From Ignavibacteriota bacterium (GTDB lineage Bacteria > Bacteroidota > Ignavibacteria > UBA10030 > UBA6906), in the NCBI GenBank assembly GCA_963801355.1, contig CAWDEM010000008.1, positions 512,001 to 576,000 on the forward strand: a DNA stretch of 64,000 bases, read 5' to 3'. Below are positions 8,438-17,279 of this stretch, piece by piece (position 1 is the stretch's first letter; each line of letters starts with the position of its first letter). Below the pieces are notes generated by a model. The model searched no databases. It saw only the letters and a list, made by a program, of their open reading frames with translations, and was not told the origin of the DNA. The position numbers and the translations under genes were made by a program.

Positions 8438-10075
8438 ATGAAGGCTTATAGAGTCATTGCAATGCTGTTATTTGTGTCTCCAGCCGTTTTGGCGGCGAGC
8501 ATCACGCTCAGCGGCTCCGTGAAGGACAAGGCAACGCTCTTCCCCGTCGATTCGGCGCTTGTGGAGATCGTGAATGCCGGCAACCCGGCGGAGAGATTTT
8601 CCGCTATCACCAACGCTACGGGAGCCTGGTCGTACAGTTTCGACCTCGCGGGCGTGGCTGATGACCCGTCCATACCTGCGTCATTCGACGTGGAGCAGAA
8701 CTACCCCAACCCTTTCAATCCATCCACGAAAATCAACTTTGCTACAGGAAGCGCGGGTGACGTGGTCTTCACGGTATACACGTCCCTGGGTCAGCGGCTG
8801 GACAACAAGACCTTTTCGGTGCCTGCCGGTAATCACACGGTCGATTGGTCGAGCAAAGGGGCGGCCGGGGTGTTGTTCTACAGCGTTGAGTTCGGCGGGT
8901 CTCGCATTACGCGGAAGATGGTCCAGCTGGACGGGCATGGCAGCGGTGGGATCGGCCGGCTGGTTACATTCGGGGGACGATCAACCGTCCCATCCCTGCA
9001 GAAGACGGCGTCTGCCACCTACTCGGTTATTGCGTCGCAATTGCTGTACATGCCCGACACTATTACCACGCTGTTGTCCGGGAGCACCGTTATTGACTTC
9101 GCGCTGGAATCGGTCCATAGCAGGGCCTTCGTGATTGATCTTCATAACGATGTGCTCGAGATCGCCATTGAGGGTGGATACGATCTCGGCGTCCGCCACA
9201 CGTACAACCACTCCGACCTCCCGCGTTTCCGCGAGGGTGGATTTGACGCCCAGATGTTCGCTATCTGGACAGACTGGCGGGACTCCACGGCACATCCGTA
9301 CTATGCCTACACACTTGCGATGGTGGACACGTTCAACAGCAACGTGCTCCGCAACTCATCGACGTTCTCTCAGGCCAGGTCGTTTGATGAACTCATGCAG
9401 GTGAATGCGTCCGGCAAGTTTGCAGGGGTTCTCGCGGTGGAAGGCGGGCATGCAATTGAAAACAGCATCGACAAACTGAAGGATTTCTATGCGTTTGGCG
9501 CCCGTTATTTCACGATCACGTGGAACAACAGCCTCCCGTGGGCTGTCTCCGCGGCCGATTCCCGGTCCACGACTGTCGGACTGTCGGATTTCGGCCGGCA
9601 GGTGATCCGCACGATGGACTCTCTGGGGATGATCATCGATGTTGCGCACACGGGGATTAAGACAATCTGGGATATTCTGGCTACCACAGCAAACCCCATC
9701 ATAGACAGTCATGCCGGCGTTCGGGCGCTAAACAACACGAGCCGCAACCTGACAGACGCACAGATTGACAGCATAGCGAAGCGCGGAGGGGTCATCGGCG
9801 TGGTCTTCTACCCTTCCTTTCTCTCTCCGAGAGGGGTTGCCACGATCGAGGATGTCATCAAGCACATCGATTACATCAAAGACAGGGTGGGGATTGACTA
9901 TGTTGCGATCGGGTCTGACTACGACGGCATCGGCTCAACCCCGGCAGGATTGGAGGATGTGTCGAAGCTGCCGAACCTCACATCGGCCCTGCTCCGGCAC
10001 GGGTACAGTCGTGAAGATGTGATCAAGATATTGGGTGGAAACTACCTGCGAGTGTTCAAGCAGGTCTGCAGGTAA
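8438..10075 (+). CDS. M19 membrane dipeptidase with N-terminal Ig-like / internal T9SS-CTD-like domain
   Basis: C-terminal M19 motifs IDLHND, LAVEGG, TITWN, IIDVAH, IIDSH, RNLTD, GSDYDG and KILGGN. QNYPNPFNPST occurs near aa 87. Confidence 0.85.
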   Translation: MKAYRVIAMLLFVSPAVLAASITLSGSVKDKATLFPVDSALVEIVNAGNPAERFSAITNATGAWSYSFDLAGVADDPSIPASFDVEQNYPNPFNPSTKINFATGSAGDVVFTVYTSLGQRLDNKTFSVPAGNHTVDWSSKGAAGVLFYSVEFGGSRITRKMVQLDGHGSGGIGRLVTFGGRSTVPSLQKTASATYSVIASQLLYMPDTITTLLSGSTVIDFALESVHSRAFVIDLHNDVLEIAIEGGYDLGVRHTYNHSDLPRFREGGFDAQMFAIWTDWRDSTAHPYYAYTLAMVDTFNSNVLRNSSTFSQARSFDELMQVNASGKFAGVLAVEGGHAIENSIDKLKDFYAFGARYFTITWNNSLPWAVSAADSRSTTVGLSDFGRQVIRTMDSLGMIIDVAHTGIKTIWDILATTANPIIDSHAGVRALNNTSRNLTDAQIDSIAKRGGVIGVVFYPSFLSPRGVATIEDVIKHIDYIKDRVGIDYVAIGSDYDGIGSTPAGLEDVSKLPNLTSALLRHGYSREDVIKILGGNYLRVFKQVCR

Positions 10076-10185
10076 GACCCAGCGCGCCTTGCGGCCTGGA
10101 ACTGGTCCGCCTCAATAATGCCAGAAGTTACCTCATTATTGTGAATGCAAGGCTTGTTCGGTCAAGCTATTAACACGTTTGCTTA

Positions 10186-12600
10186 CTACTTAACCTCCCA
10201 CTCGTACAGACCTGCAGAAGCCCCTTCATCCAACGTGATCTCCAGCCGGAGTGCATCGGTAGTAACAGGATCGAATGTCATCCGGTTCATGCAATCCCGC
10301 GCTGTACTTGCCTCCGACGGGTGAGCGACCGGTTTCCACTCCTGCCCTTCACGGTACAACACCCGCCAGCTCTTTGGCAAACGGATTCGCCCGTCCGCAA
10401 GTTCGGTAAACCAGTAGACTGACGTTTCCGAGACCCGGGAGGGGGACGGAAATGCATATTGTATCCACTCCACACTCCCCTGCTTCGGCCACAGGGGGAA
10501 TCGCGGCACAGCACCGTCGTTGGAGTGCTTCGGGAGCAGTTGGTCCGAAAGCGCATGAGCATTGCCGCCAGTGGAGGTCGTGAGGACACTGGTGGACGCC
10601 AGCGTCGGTGCAGGCTTTGGTTTCGCGGCTGATAACTCACGTGCCGGCCAGACTGTCATCTGATGCTGCCCGCGATGGGCCCAGGCATAGTACGGGATCG
10701 CCGTGAAGAGTCGCTCCCCTTCGATTGTCGGTTCTCCTTTTGCATTCCGGCGTGTGCCAAAGCCCGTGCCCGTGATTACCTGGACACCGCCAAGCATGTC
10801 CGGACGGAATTCTGTTTGCAGCTGAGTCGTGTCGGGCATGACCAGGTCCACGACGTCTCCGGAAGGTTGATCCACCCCCTCCAGGCAGAAGACAATCGGT
10901 CCCCGTTCAAGAGCAACCTTCCCCCGATCATCTTCGACCTTCGGGTTGGCCAACACCCTTCTCACAGGCATTGAAAACTCAGCCACGACAATGTCTCCAT
11001 CATTCCAGGATCGAGAGAGCTGTGCATAACCCTTTGTCAACACGTACTTTTGCTCTTTGCCATTAATGAAAATCCTAGTGTTTGTAGAACCTGAGGTCAT
11101 ATAGCTGTAAAGATCACCGGACAACGGCTTGTCCTGCGCCCAACCCGGAATCCGTATGTTGCAAGTAAACGGGGTTGTTTTCTGAAGTCCCAGCGTGAGG
11201 ACGACTTTTCCATCCCACGGGTAGTTGGTCGACTGGGTCATGTGAACCGTTTCTTTTCCAAGATTCAGCCGCGTGCTCCCGCCTATGAAGAGGTTCACAA
11301 AGATCTCTTTTCCCCGGTGGGCATAAATATACCCCGGTATGGAAGGGACGAAACGCACATCATTTGACGGGCAGCAGGCGCAGGTGAACCAGGGAGATCT
11401 TTCGGCGCCTTTCATCGACTCCAGCGGGTTGGGATAGAAGAACCGGTCTCCGGTCATGGAAACACCCGAGAGGAACCCGTTGTAGATCACCCGTTCCACG
11501 ACATCCATATATTTCGCATCACCGTACTCAAGAAACATCCTGTGATTCCAGTAGACCAGGGCAATCCCGGCACAGGTTTCGCAATACGCGCTCAGGTTGG
11601 GAAGCTCGTACGGAGCACCGTAGCCCTCGATGTTGCCCACGGCGCCGACGCCGCCCGTGATGTAGACCTTTTTCGTGACCACGTCTTCCCAGATACGGTC
11701 CAGGACACGGAGGTAGCGATCATTTCCGGTCAGTGCGGCGACATCGACCATTCCCGCGTAGAGATATCCGGCGCGCACCGCATGCCCCACAGCTTCGGTC
11801 TCCTCAAGGATGGGGGTATAGTCCTGATTGTACGTCTCGCCGCGAGGTGTCCCCCTTCCCCGCTCGTTGATGAAGAAATCAGCCAGATCCAGGTACTGGC
11901 GCTTTCCGGTTACGAGAAACAATTTCGCCAGCCCGATCTCCGTCACCTGATGCCCCGGCACCGTATGCATTTTGCCCGGGCCAAACGTCGCAACGAGCAG
12001 ATCTGCGCTCTTGAGCGCGATGTTCAGGAGGCTTTTCTTCTTCGTTGCATAGAAGTGTGCCACCGCGGCCTCATAGAGGTGACCGAGGTTGTACAGCTCA
12101 TGACTGCTTTTCGTACGGTCGTTCACCCAGCGTTCTTTCGCCCAGGATTTCTCGGCGTCGATTGTTCGCATGGTGTAGAGATATCCATCCTTCTCCTGCG
12201 CCCTGCCGATCTTCGTGATCAGCGCATCCACCGTTTTGTCGAGGACGGGATCGTACCGGGTGTGCAGCGAATATGCGGCTCCCTCAATCACTTTAAACAC
12301 ATCGGAATCGTCAAAGCCATACCGGCTGCAGAACTTCCCCTTTGCGGGGAGCCCGGCGAGAATGCTGTCGGCGATCTCGAAATTCCGAATGCGGCCGGTT
12401 TCGTCACACTTCTGCAGCGCATGAGGTATGGAGACCGTCCGGTTGACCTCCAGACGGTGCGACCAGAAGTTGTCGCTTACCCTGACATCGGTAAAAAGCA
12501 CCGGCGTGATCGGATAGCCCTGGTTCTGCCCGATCATCAGGCACACGTGTACGAGGGAGAGCGGGAGGAGGAGAGCGGTGCGACGAAGGGTCTTTTTCAT
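10186..12600 (-). CDS. GH127 beta-L-arabinofuranosidase-like glycoside hydrolase
   Basis: Motifs DSDVFKVIEGAAY, HELYNLGHLYEAAVAH, GHAVRAGYLY, YCETCA, CACCPSN and RGPIVFCLEGVD. C-terminal F5/8-like module. Confidence 0.9.
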   Translation of the reverse strand: MKKTLRRTALLLPLSLVHVCLMIGQNQGYPITPVLFTDVRVSDNFWSHRLEVNRTVSIPHALQKCDETGRIRNFEIADSILAGLPAKGKFCSRYGFDDSDVFKVIEGAAYSLHTRYDPVLDKTVDALITKIGRAQEKDGYLYTMRTIDAEKSWAKERWVNDRTKSSHELYNLGHLYEAAVAHFYATKKKSLLNIALKSADLLVATFGPGKMHTVPGHQVTEIGLAKLFLVTGKRQYLDLADFFINERGRGTPRGETYNQDYTPILEETEAVGHAVRAGYLYAGMVDVAALTGNDRYLRVLDRIWEDVVTKKVYITGGVGAVGNIEGYGAPYELPNLSAYCETCAGIALVYWNHRMFLEYGDAKYMDVVERVIYNGFLSGVSMTGDRFFYPNPLESMKGAERSPWFTCACCPSNDVRFVPSIPGYIYAHRGKEIFVNLFIGGSTRLNLGKETVHMTQSTNYPWDGKVVLTLGLQKTTPFTCNIRIPGWAQDKPLSGDLYSYMTSGSTNTRIFINGKEQKYVLTKGYAQLSRSWNDGDIVVAEFSMPVRRVLANPKVEDDRGKVALERGPIVFCLEGVDQPSGDVVDLVMPDTTQLQTEFRPDMLGGVQVITGTGFGTRRNAKGEPTIEGERLFTAIPYYAWAHRGQHQMTVWPARELSAAKPKPAPTLASTSVLTTSTGGNAHALSDQLLPKHSNDGAVPRFPLWPKQGSVEWIQYAFPSPSRVSETSVYWFTELADGRIRLPKSWRVLYREGQEWKPVAHPSEASTARDCMNRMTFDPVTTDALRLEITLDEGASAGLYEWEVK

Positions 12601-12631
12601 GTGTGTATGCGCACTGGATGTTGAGTGGTGA

Positions 12632-15322
12632 CTACTTTGCATGCAGCATCTTGATGGTTCTGACAGTGCCGCCGGTCTGCAGGCGGCAGAAATACACCCC
12701 GCTGGAGAACTCCTCTGCGTTGAATTCCCGCGTGTACGTGCCGGCCTGCAATTCTTCGTTCACGAGCAAGGCCACTTCGCGGCCGAGCATGTCGTACACC
12801 GTAACAGTTGTGGATTGTGGATCCACAATTGAGAATTGTATGGTTGTGCTCGGATTGAACGGGTTGGGGTAATTCTGATTCAGGTTGTAGCCGGCTGGAG
12901 AGCCATCCGGGGTGCCAGCCACGGAATTCGGTCCGGCACTCACCCACTGAAACTGGATTGCATCGGCACGGAGCACTTTTCCTGATACCACAGGCGACAT
13001 AGCGTCTGTGATGCGGACAGCAATCGCGGAATCCGCCGGCAAGTTGCGTGACAAGAGCGTGACCCAGTTCCCGCTGCCTTCATTCTGATCCTTAAACACC
13101 GAGTCCACGAGTACGGCTCCCAGGAACAATGCATAACGCGCGCGAACGGACGCGTTCACGGTCGTCGGTACAATTTCGCTGATCTCGTAGACGCCGGCCC
13201 TCTTCAAGCGTGTGACAAAGGTCGCAGAGACTCCGGCCGCCGGGTACGCATAGCGGCTGGTGGAGTTGAAACCGCCAGCAGTGCTGAAAGACCAGGTGCC
13301 GGCTTCGGTATAATTCGTTGGGTCGCGGTCATCGACGACGGCAAAGTACTCACGAACCGTACCATGCACAGCGATCGTGACCGTGGTGTGGTGCGGATCG
13401 TCAGTGATGACCACGAGCGTATCCACAAAAGAGGCCGCAGGCGGAGGTGTGAACAACAATGAAATTCCGGTTTCACCCATAGCGGGAACAGTCACCGGAA
13501 AGAGAGTCGTGACTTCGGCGGTTCCTGACATGAGATGGGCTGAGAGCAGCCGTGCCGGAAGAATTCCCGAATTCCTGATGCTGACGGCACGGGTGTTCGT
13601 CTCGCCGATGACGATGGATCCCGCGTCGTAGGCTTCCGGCGCCTCGATCCATTTGTCGCGTACCAGGGCGGACACCTTGAGTGCATCGGCGGCCAGGTGC
13701 ACGGTCGTCCCGGGCGTTCCGTATGCGGTGAGTTCCACAGAGGCGCTTCCCGCGGCGTCACACATCACCGTGCCAATGTAGTTCCACGCTTCAGTGGCAA
13801 GCGGCGCAGTAAATGCGGTACTTTTTACATCCTGGCCGGCAAGCGTACAGGTGATGCGGCCCCGGGTCACCGGATCGGGCATGGCCGGCACGCGGAGGTA
13901 GAGATTGTACGGGCCGGCGGCCGGTGCGGCGAAATCCCACCGGACTTTCGCAGAGTCAGCGGCGACAACAGCCGCAGTTCTGATCGAAGCACCAAAACCG
14001 GTGCCTTTTGTGGTTTGCCATGTTCCGGCGGTCTCCCGGTACCCCGTGTCGCCCTCATCGACAAAAATATCATCCGGCAGATAGCGTTGGATAACGATGC
14101 TGTGGTTTCCCACGATATCCGTACCCGCGACACCCATTTTGGCAATATCGGACCGGGGAACACCGACCGTCGATGTCCACTGGAGGAGCCCGGTGTTTTG
14201 CATGGGCACGATCGTGTACCGTTCGTAGCGGTCCTTGACGGCCAGGAATGGTTCAAGCTGGAACAGGGTTTGATCGGACTGCACGGTCCACAACAAATCA
14301 GGGCCGGATGTGATCTCCTGTATCGTGAGATGCGGGGCTGTCGTATCGGTGGTCTTCCTCCACGATTGCATTGCTTCGACCGCGGTACAGTAGCGGTAAG
14401 GTATCGCCGGGTATCGTGACGCGGCGGCGTGGATTGCCCTGTTGACTTTCTGCAGGTTTGCGGGGAAGTCCGTTTCGGGCAGGTGTGCCCAGAGACAGAC
14501 CACCTGATCGATTCCCTTCGCCGCTTCCCCGAAGATTTTCGACACAAACGCAGAATCGGCAGCCGTGATATAGACAGAACGGACATTCCATCCCCGTCCG
14601 TTGCCGGGTACCTGGTAGTCGGTTGTCGACGGGCGGAACGGTACAAAGGTCGAAGGGGCACGCGACCAGTCATACACATTGTCAATGGGTTCAACGGGAT
14701 CGTTGTGCACGGCGGGCCAATCGTTGTGCATGCTGTACGGGAGGAGGCGGTCGAGACGTTGCTGCCACTCGTTGTTCATTGCATGCCAGCCGCTGCGGTA
14801 CGAGACCGGAAAGACCTCCTCCTCAAGGAGCAACTCGGCGAGGGTCTGATCGAAATCGGGAACAAACTCGTTGTACGTCTTCGCCTGATTCCAGTACCAT
14901 GTGCCGTCCCTGTCATAGTCGGTCCAGACCCAGTTGTGAAAGTGGAACGTGAGTTCATCACCCCACTGCCGCAGCCTGTCCCCGTGATAACGTTTCATGA
15001 GGTATATCGGCATCGTGCTTGGAACAGGAACATCCGTATTGACCGAAAGCCGGAACATATTTCCTGCCATCATCCACCACGTGAGTTTCATCGGCGTGCC
15101 GTACATATCGGTGAGGGCAGACCGGAAGCCGGGATCCATGACCGTGGCTGCATTCATGGTTGGATCGGTATACAGAGCGCCGGATATCGTGCAGTGATAA
15201 TCCGCAACGTCGAGACCCGTCCAGATACCCGTATCAGAACCGATAACAAACGAGACTTTGCTCTGGGCAAATGCAGCCAGCGAAACACACGTGATCAATA
15301 CTGCGACGAAAGCGATCTTCAT
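12632..15322 (-). CDS. T9SS-sorted multidomain protein (putative deacetylase/GH-like barrel, two golvesin/CBM-like modules, Ig domain, CTD)
   Basis: Signal peptide MKIAFVAVLI. Two VD(E/D)xD..Y.E.G.W modules. C-terminal LNQNYPNPFNPSTTI...SSGVYFCRL...KMLHAK. Confidence 0.75.
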   Translation of the reverse strand: MKIAFVAVLITCVSLAAFAQSKVSFVIGSDTGIWTGLDVADYHCTISGALYTDPTMNAATVMDPGFRSALTDMYGTPMKLTWWMMAGNMFRLSVNTDVPVPSTMPIYLMKRYHGDRLRQWGDELTFHFHNWVWTDYDRDGTWYWNQAKTYNEFVPDFDQTLAELLLEEEVFPVSYRSGWHAMNNEWQQRLDRLLPYSMHNDWPAVHNDPVEPIDNVYDWSRAPSTFVPFRPSTTDYQVPGNGRGWNVRSVYITAADSAFVSKIFGEAAKGIDQVVCLWAHLPETDFPANLQKVNRAIHAAASRYPAIPYRYCTAVEAMQSWRKTTDTTAPHLTIQEITSGPDLLWTVQSDQTLFQLEPFLAVKDRYERYTIVPMQNTGLLQWTSTVGVPRSDIAKMGVAGTDIVGNHSIVIQRYLPDDIFVDEGDTGYRETAGTWQTTKGTGFGASIRTAAVVAADSAKVRWDFAAPAAGPYNLYLRVPAMPDPVTRGRITCTLAGQDVKSTAFTAPLATEAWNYIGTVMCDAAGSASVELTAYGTPGTTVHLAADALKVSALVRDKWIEAPEAYDAGSIVIGETNTRAVSIRNSGILPARLLSAHLMSGTAEVTTLFPVTVPAMGETGISLLFTPPPAASFVDTLVVITDDPHHTTVTIAVHGTVREYFAVVDDRDPTNYTEAGTWSFSTAGGFNSTSRYAYPAAGVSATFVTRLKRAGVYEISEIVPTTVNASVRARYALFLGAVLVDSVFKDQNEGSGNWVTLLSRNLPADSAIAVRITDAMSPVVSGKVLRADAIQFQWVSAGPNSVAGTPDGSPAGYNLNQNYPNPFNPSTTIQFSIVDPQSTTVTVYDMLGREVALLVNEELQAGTYTREFNAEEFSSGVYFCRLQTGGTVRTIKMLHAK
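12814..12829. repeat. perfect 16-bp palindrome ATTGTGGATCCACAAT inside CTD coding sequence (copy 1)
   Basis: Read directly; an identical copy lies at 27977-27992. Confidence 0.9.
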
Positions 15323-15337
15323 AAGGAAGAATCCTTG

Positions 15338-15402
15338 GATGTGAAGCACTCCTGATGTAAAGCACTCCGGATGGTGAAACACTTCTGATGTGAAGCACTT
15401 CT
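15338..15402. repeat. four tandem ~16-bp direct repeats (GATGTGAAGCACTYCT)
   Basis: Units GATGTGAAGCACTCCT, GATGTAAAGCACTCCG, GATGGTGAAACACTTCT and GATGTGAAGCACTTCT. Confidence 0.85.
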
Positions 15403-15444
15403 AGAAGGTAAGCGAAGTTCGGGAAAGAATCACGTAGGCAGGGT

Positions 15445-15472
15445 CACTCCGTCCGGGCACTCCGTCCGGGCA
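15445..15472. repeat. 13-bp tandem duplication CACTCCGTCCGGG x2
   Basis: Read directly, immediately downstream of the sigma54 activator stop codon. Confidence 0.8.
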
Positions 15473-15473
15473 G

Positions 15474-17279
15474 TCAGGTGCGGGGCGTGTGTGCCTCAAA
15501 GCCACCTCTGGTACGGGCGATGCCGAGCTTCTTCATTCGGCTTCGTAATGTGGCGGGCTTCAATCCCAGTTTCACCGCTGCCCCGTTGGCTCCCTCGATA
15601 ACCCCGCCGCATTCTTCAAGGACCTGCATGATATGTGTGCGGGCGACGTCGTCAAAGTTGCTTGCCACCTTCGATGGCTCGTGCGCAATCTCCACGAGTG
15701 CCAGGTCGCTCTCCTCCAGTCTGTTCCCATCGCACACGATCATGGCTCGTTCAATGGCGTTCGCGAGTTCGCGGACATTGCCGGGCCAGGAGTAGCGCAA
15801 GAGTTTCTGCCGCGCCTCGGGGCTGATGGACAGGACGCGCTTGTTCGTTCGCCGGCTGTAGAGTTTGAGGAAGTGATCGGCGAGCGGAATGATGTCTTCC
15901 CGGCGGTCACGAAGGGGAGCGACCGCGAGCGGGAAAACGTTCAGACGGAAGAGCAGGTCCTCCCTGAAGCGGCCATCGCGGACTTCTTCCGCAAGGTCCC
16001 TGTTCGTGGCCGCTATCACACGCACATTCACTTTCACGGTCTGCGTCCCGCCCACTCTCTCAAACTGCTGCTCCTGGAGGACCCTGAGCAAGCGTGACTG
16101 TGCGGTGAGCGGCAGCTCGCCGACTTCGTCCAGAAAGACCGTGCCGCCGTCGGCAAGTTCGAAGCGTCCGATGTGCCGCTGGATCGCTCCGGTGAAGGCC
16201 CCCTTCTCGTGTCCGAAGAGCTCGCTCTCTACAAGTCCTTCCGGGAGCGAGGCACAGTTCACCGTCACGAGCAATTTGTCCTGTCGTTGACTTGCGCGGT
16301 GAATTGCCCGGGCCACGACCTCCTTACCGGTTCCGGTTTCGCCGCTGATGAGCACCGTTGTGTCTGTGGGAGCTACTTTGAGCAAGTTGCTCATCAGCTG
16401 TTCCATCGAGTGCGCAGCCCAGACGGTTCCTCCGGAGTCTCCCTGATCGGTGAGGACATTCTGGAGAGAGCGCCTCTCGATTTCCAGTTTTGAAATGTAG
16501 TCCTGGGCCTGGTGCCGTTCGCGGAGATCCCTCCCGACATAGACCACGCCACCCGGATTCTCTCCGGAGCCCTCGAGGAGTGCACCCGTGAAACTCATGG
16601 GAATTGCGCTCCCGCTCCGTGTTATACAGTGCAGCTCGATGTGGGTGGGGTGCGAGGTGTTGGTGAGGGCAGGATCAAGCGGAAGGTCGGGGATCAGCAA
16701 CGTGATGGGCTTTCCGAGCAAATCGGGAGTGGCGTATTCCGAAAGGCTCAGGGCAGTCCGGTTCACCGACGTGATGATGCCATCAGGCGACGTCACCACG
16801 AGGAGGTCGGCCATTGCATCCAGGATGTTTTCGATATACTTCTTGGAGGCCGTCAGAGAGTGAAGGAGGAGCGATGCATCGTTGGCGGTTTGAGTCCTGG
16901 CCTGTATCTGTTCCATCCACATCGTCACCTCTTCCAGAGTGATGACGAGCGAGGGTGTCGTATCGCCTGACCTCGTGAACGATTCCGCGGAGATATCCAG
17001 ATAGACGGGTTCCCCGACGGCACGTGAGCGGCATACTGCTGTAAGCGACCAGGAGAGTTTTTTTCCGCGGAGGAGATCGAGGAGGTCCTTTTCGGCGCCC
17101 ACAAACTCGGGAAAACCCAGGCGGACGTCTTTTCCGGGTACAACCGAGGCGGGATCTTCAGCGAACAACGGAGCACCTTCGGAAAGGGACACAATACGGA
17201 GATCCCTGTCTACGAGGAGGTGTTCGACTCCCACGCGCCGCGGGAGGGGGTCACCTTGCGGTTCCATCGGCGAGCTCAT
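15474..17279 (-). CDS. PAS-domain sigma54-dependent enhancer-binding transcriptional activator
   Basis: Walker A GETGTGKE, ESELFGHEKGAFTGA, Walker B FLDEVGEL, RVIAATNRDL, WPGNVREL and a Fis-type HTH. Two N-terminal PAS-like domains and no receiver domain. Confidence 0.93.
   Translation of the reverse strand: MSSPMEPQGDPLPRRVGVEHLLVDRDLRIVSLSEGAPLFAEDPASVVPGKDVRLGFPEFVGAEKDLLDLLRGKKLSWSLTAVCRSRAVGEPVYLDISAESFTRSGDTTPSLVITLEEVTMWMEQIQARTQTANDASLLLHSLTASKKYIENILDAMADLLVVTSPDGIITSVNRTALSLSEYATPDLLGKPITLLIPDLPLDPALTNTSHPTHIELHCITRSGSAIPMSFTGALLEGSGENPGGVVYVGRDLRERHQAQDYISKLEIERRSLQNVLTDQGDSGGTVWAAHSMEQLMSNLLKVAPTDTTVLISGETGTGKEVVARAIHRASQRQDKLLVTVNCASLPEGLVESELFGHEKGAFTGAIQRHIGRFELADGGTVFLDEVGELPLTAQSRLLRVLQEQQFERVGGTQTVKVNVRVIAATNRDLAEEVRDGRFREDLLFRLNVFPLAVAPLRDRREDIIPLADHFLKLYSRRTNKRVLSISPEARQKLLRYSWPGNVRELANAIERAMIVCDGNRLEESDLALVEIAHEPSKVASNFDDVARTHIMQVLEECGGVIEGANGAAVKLGLKPATLRSRMKKLGIARTRGGFEAHTPRT

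Noticed and set aside
15338-15402. Possible mini-CRISPR (also considered for 45534-45603)
   Set aside because: The units are directly adjacent, shorter than CRISPR repeats and have no unique spacers; there are no cas genes in the window.
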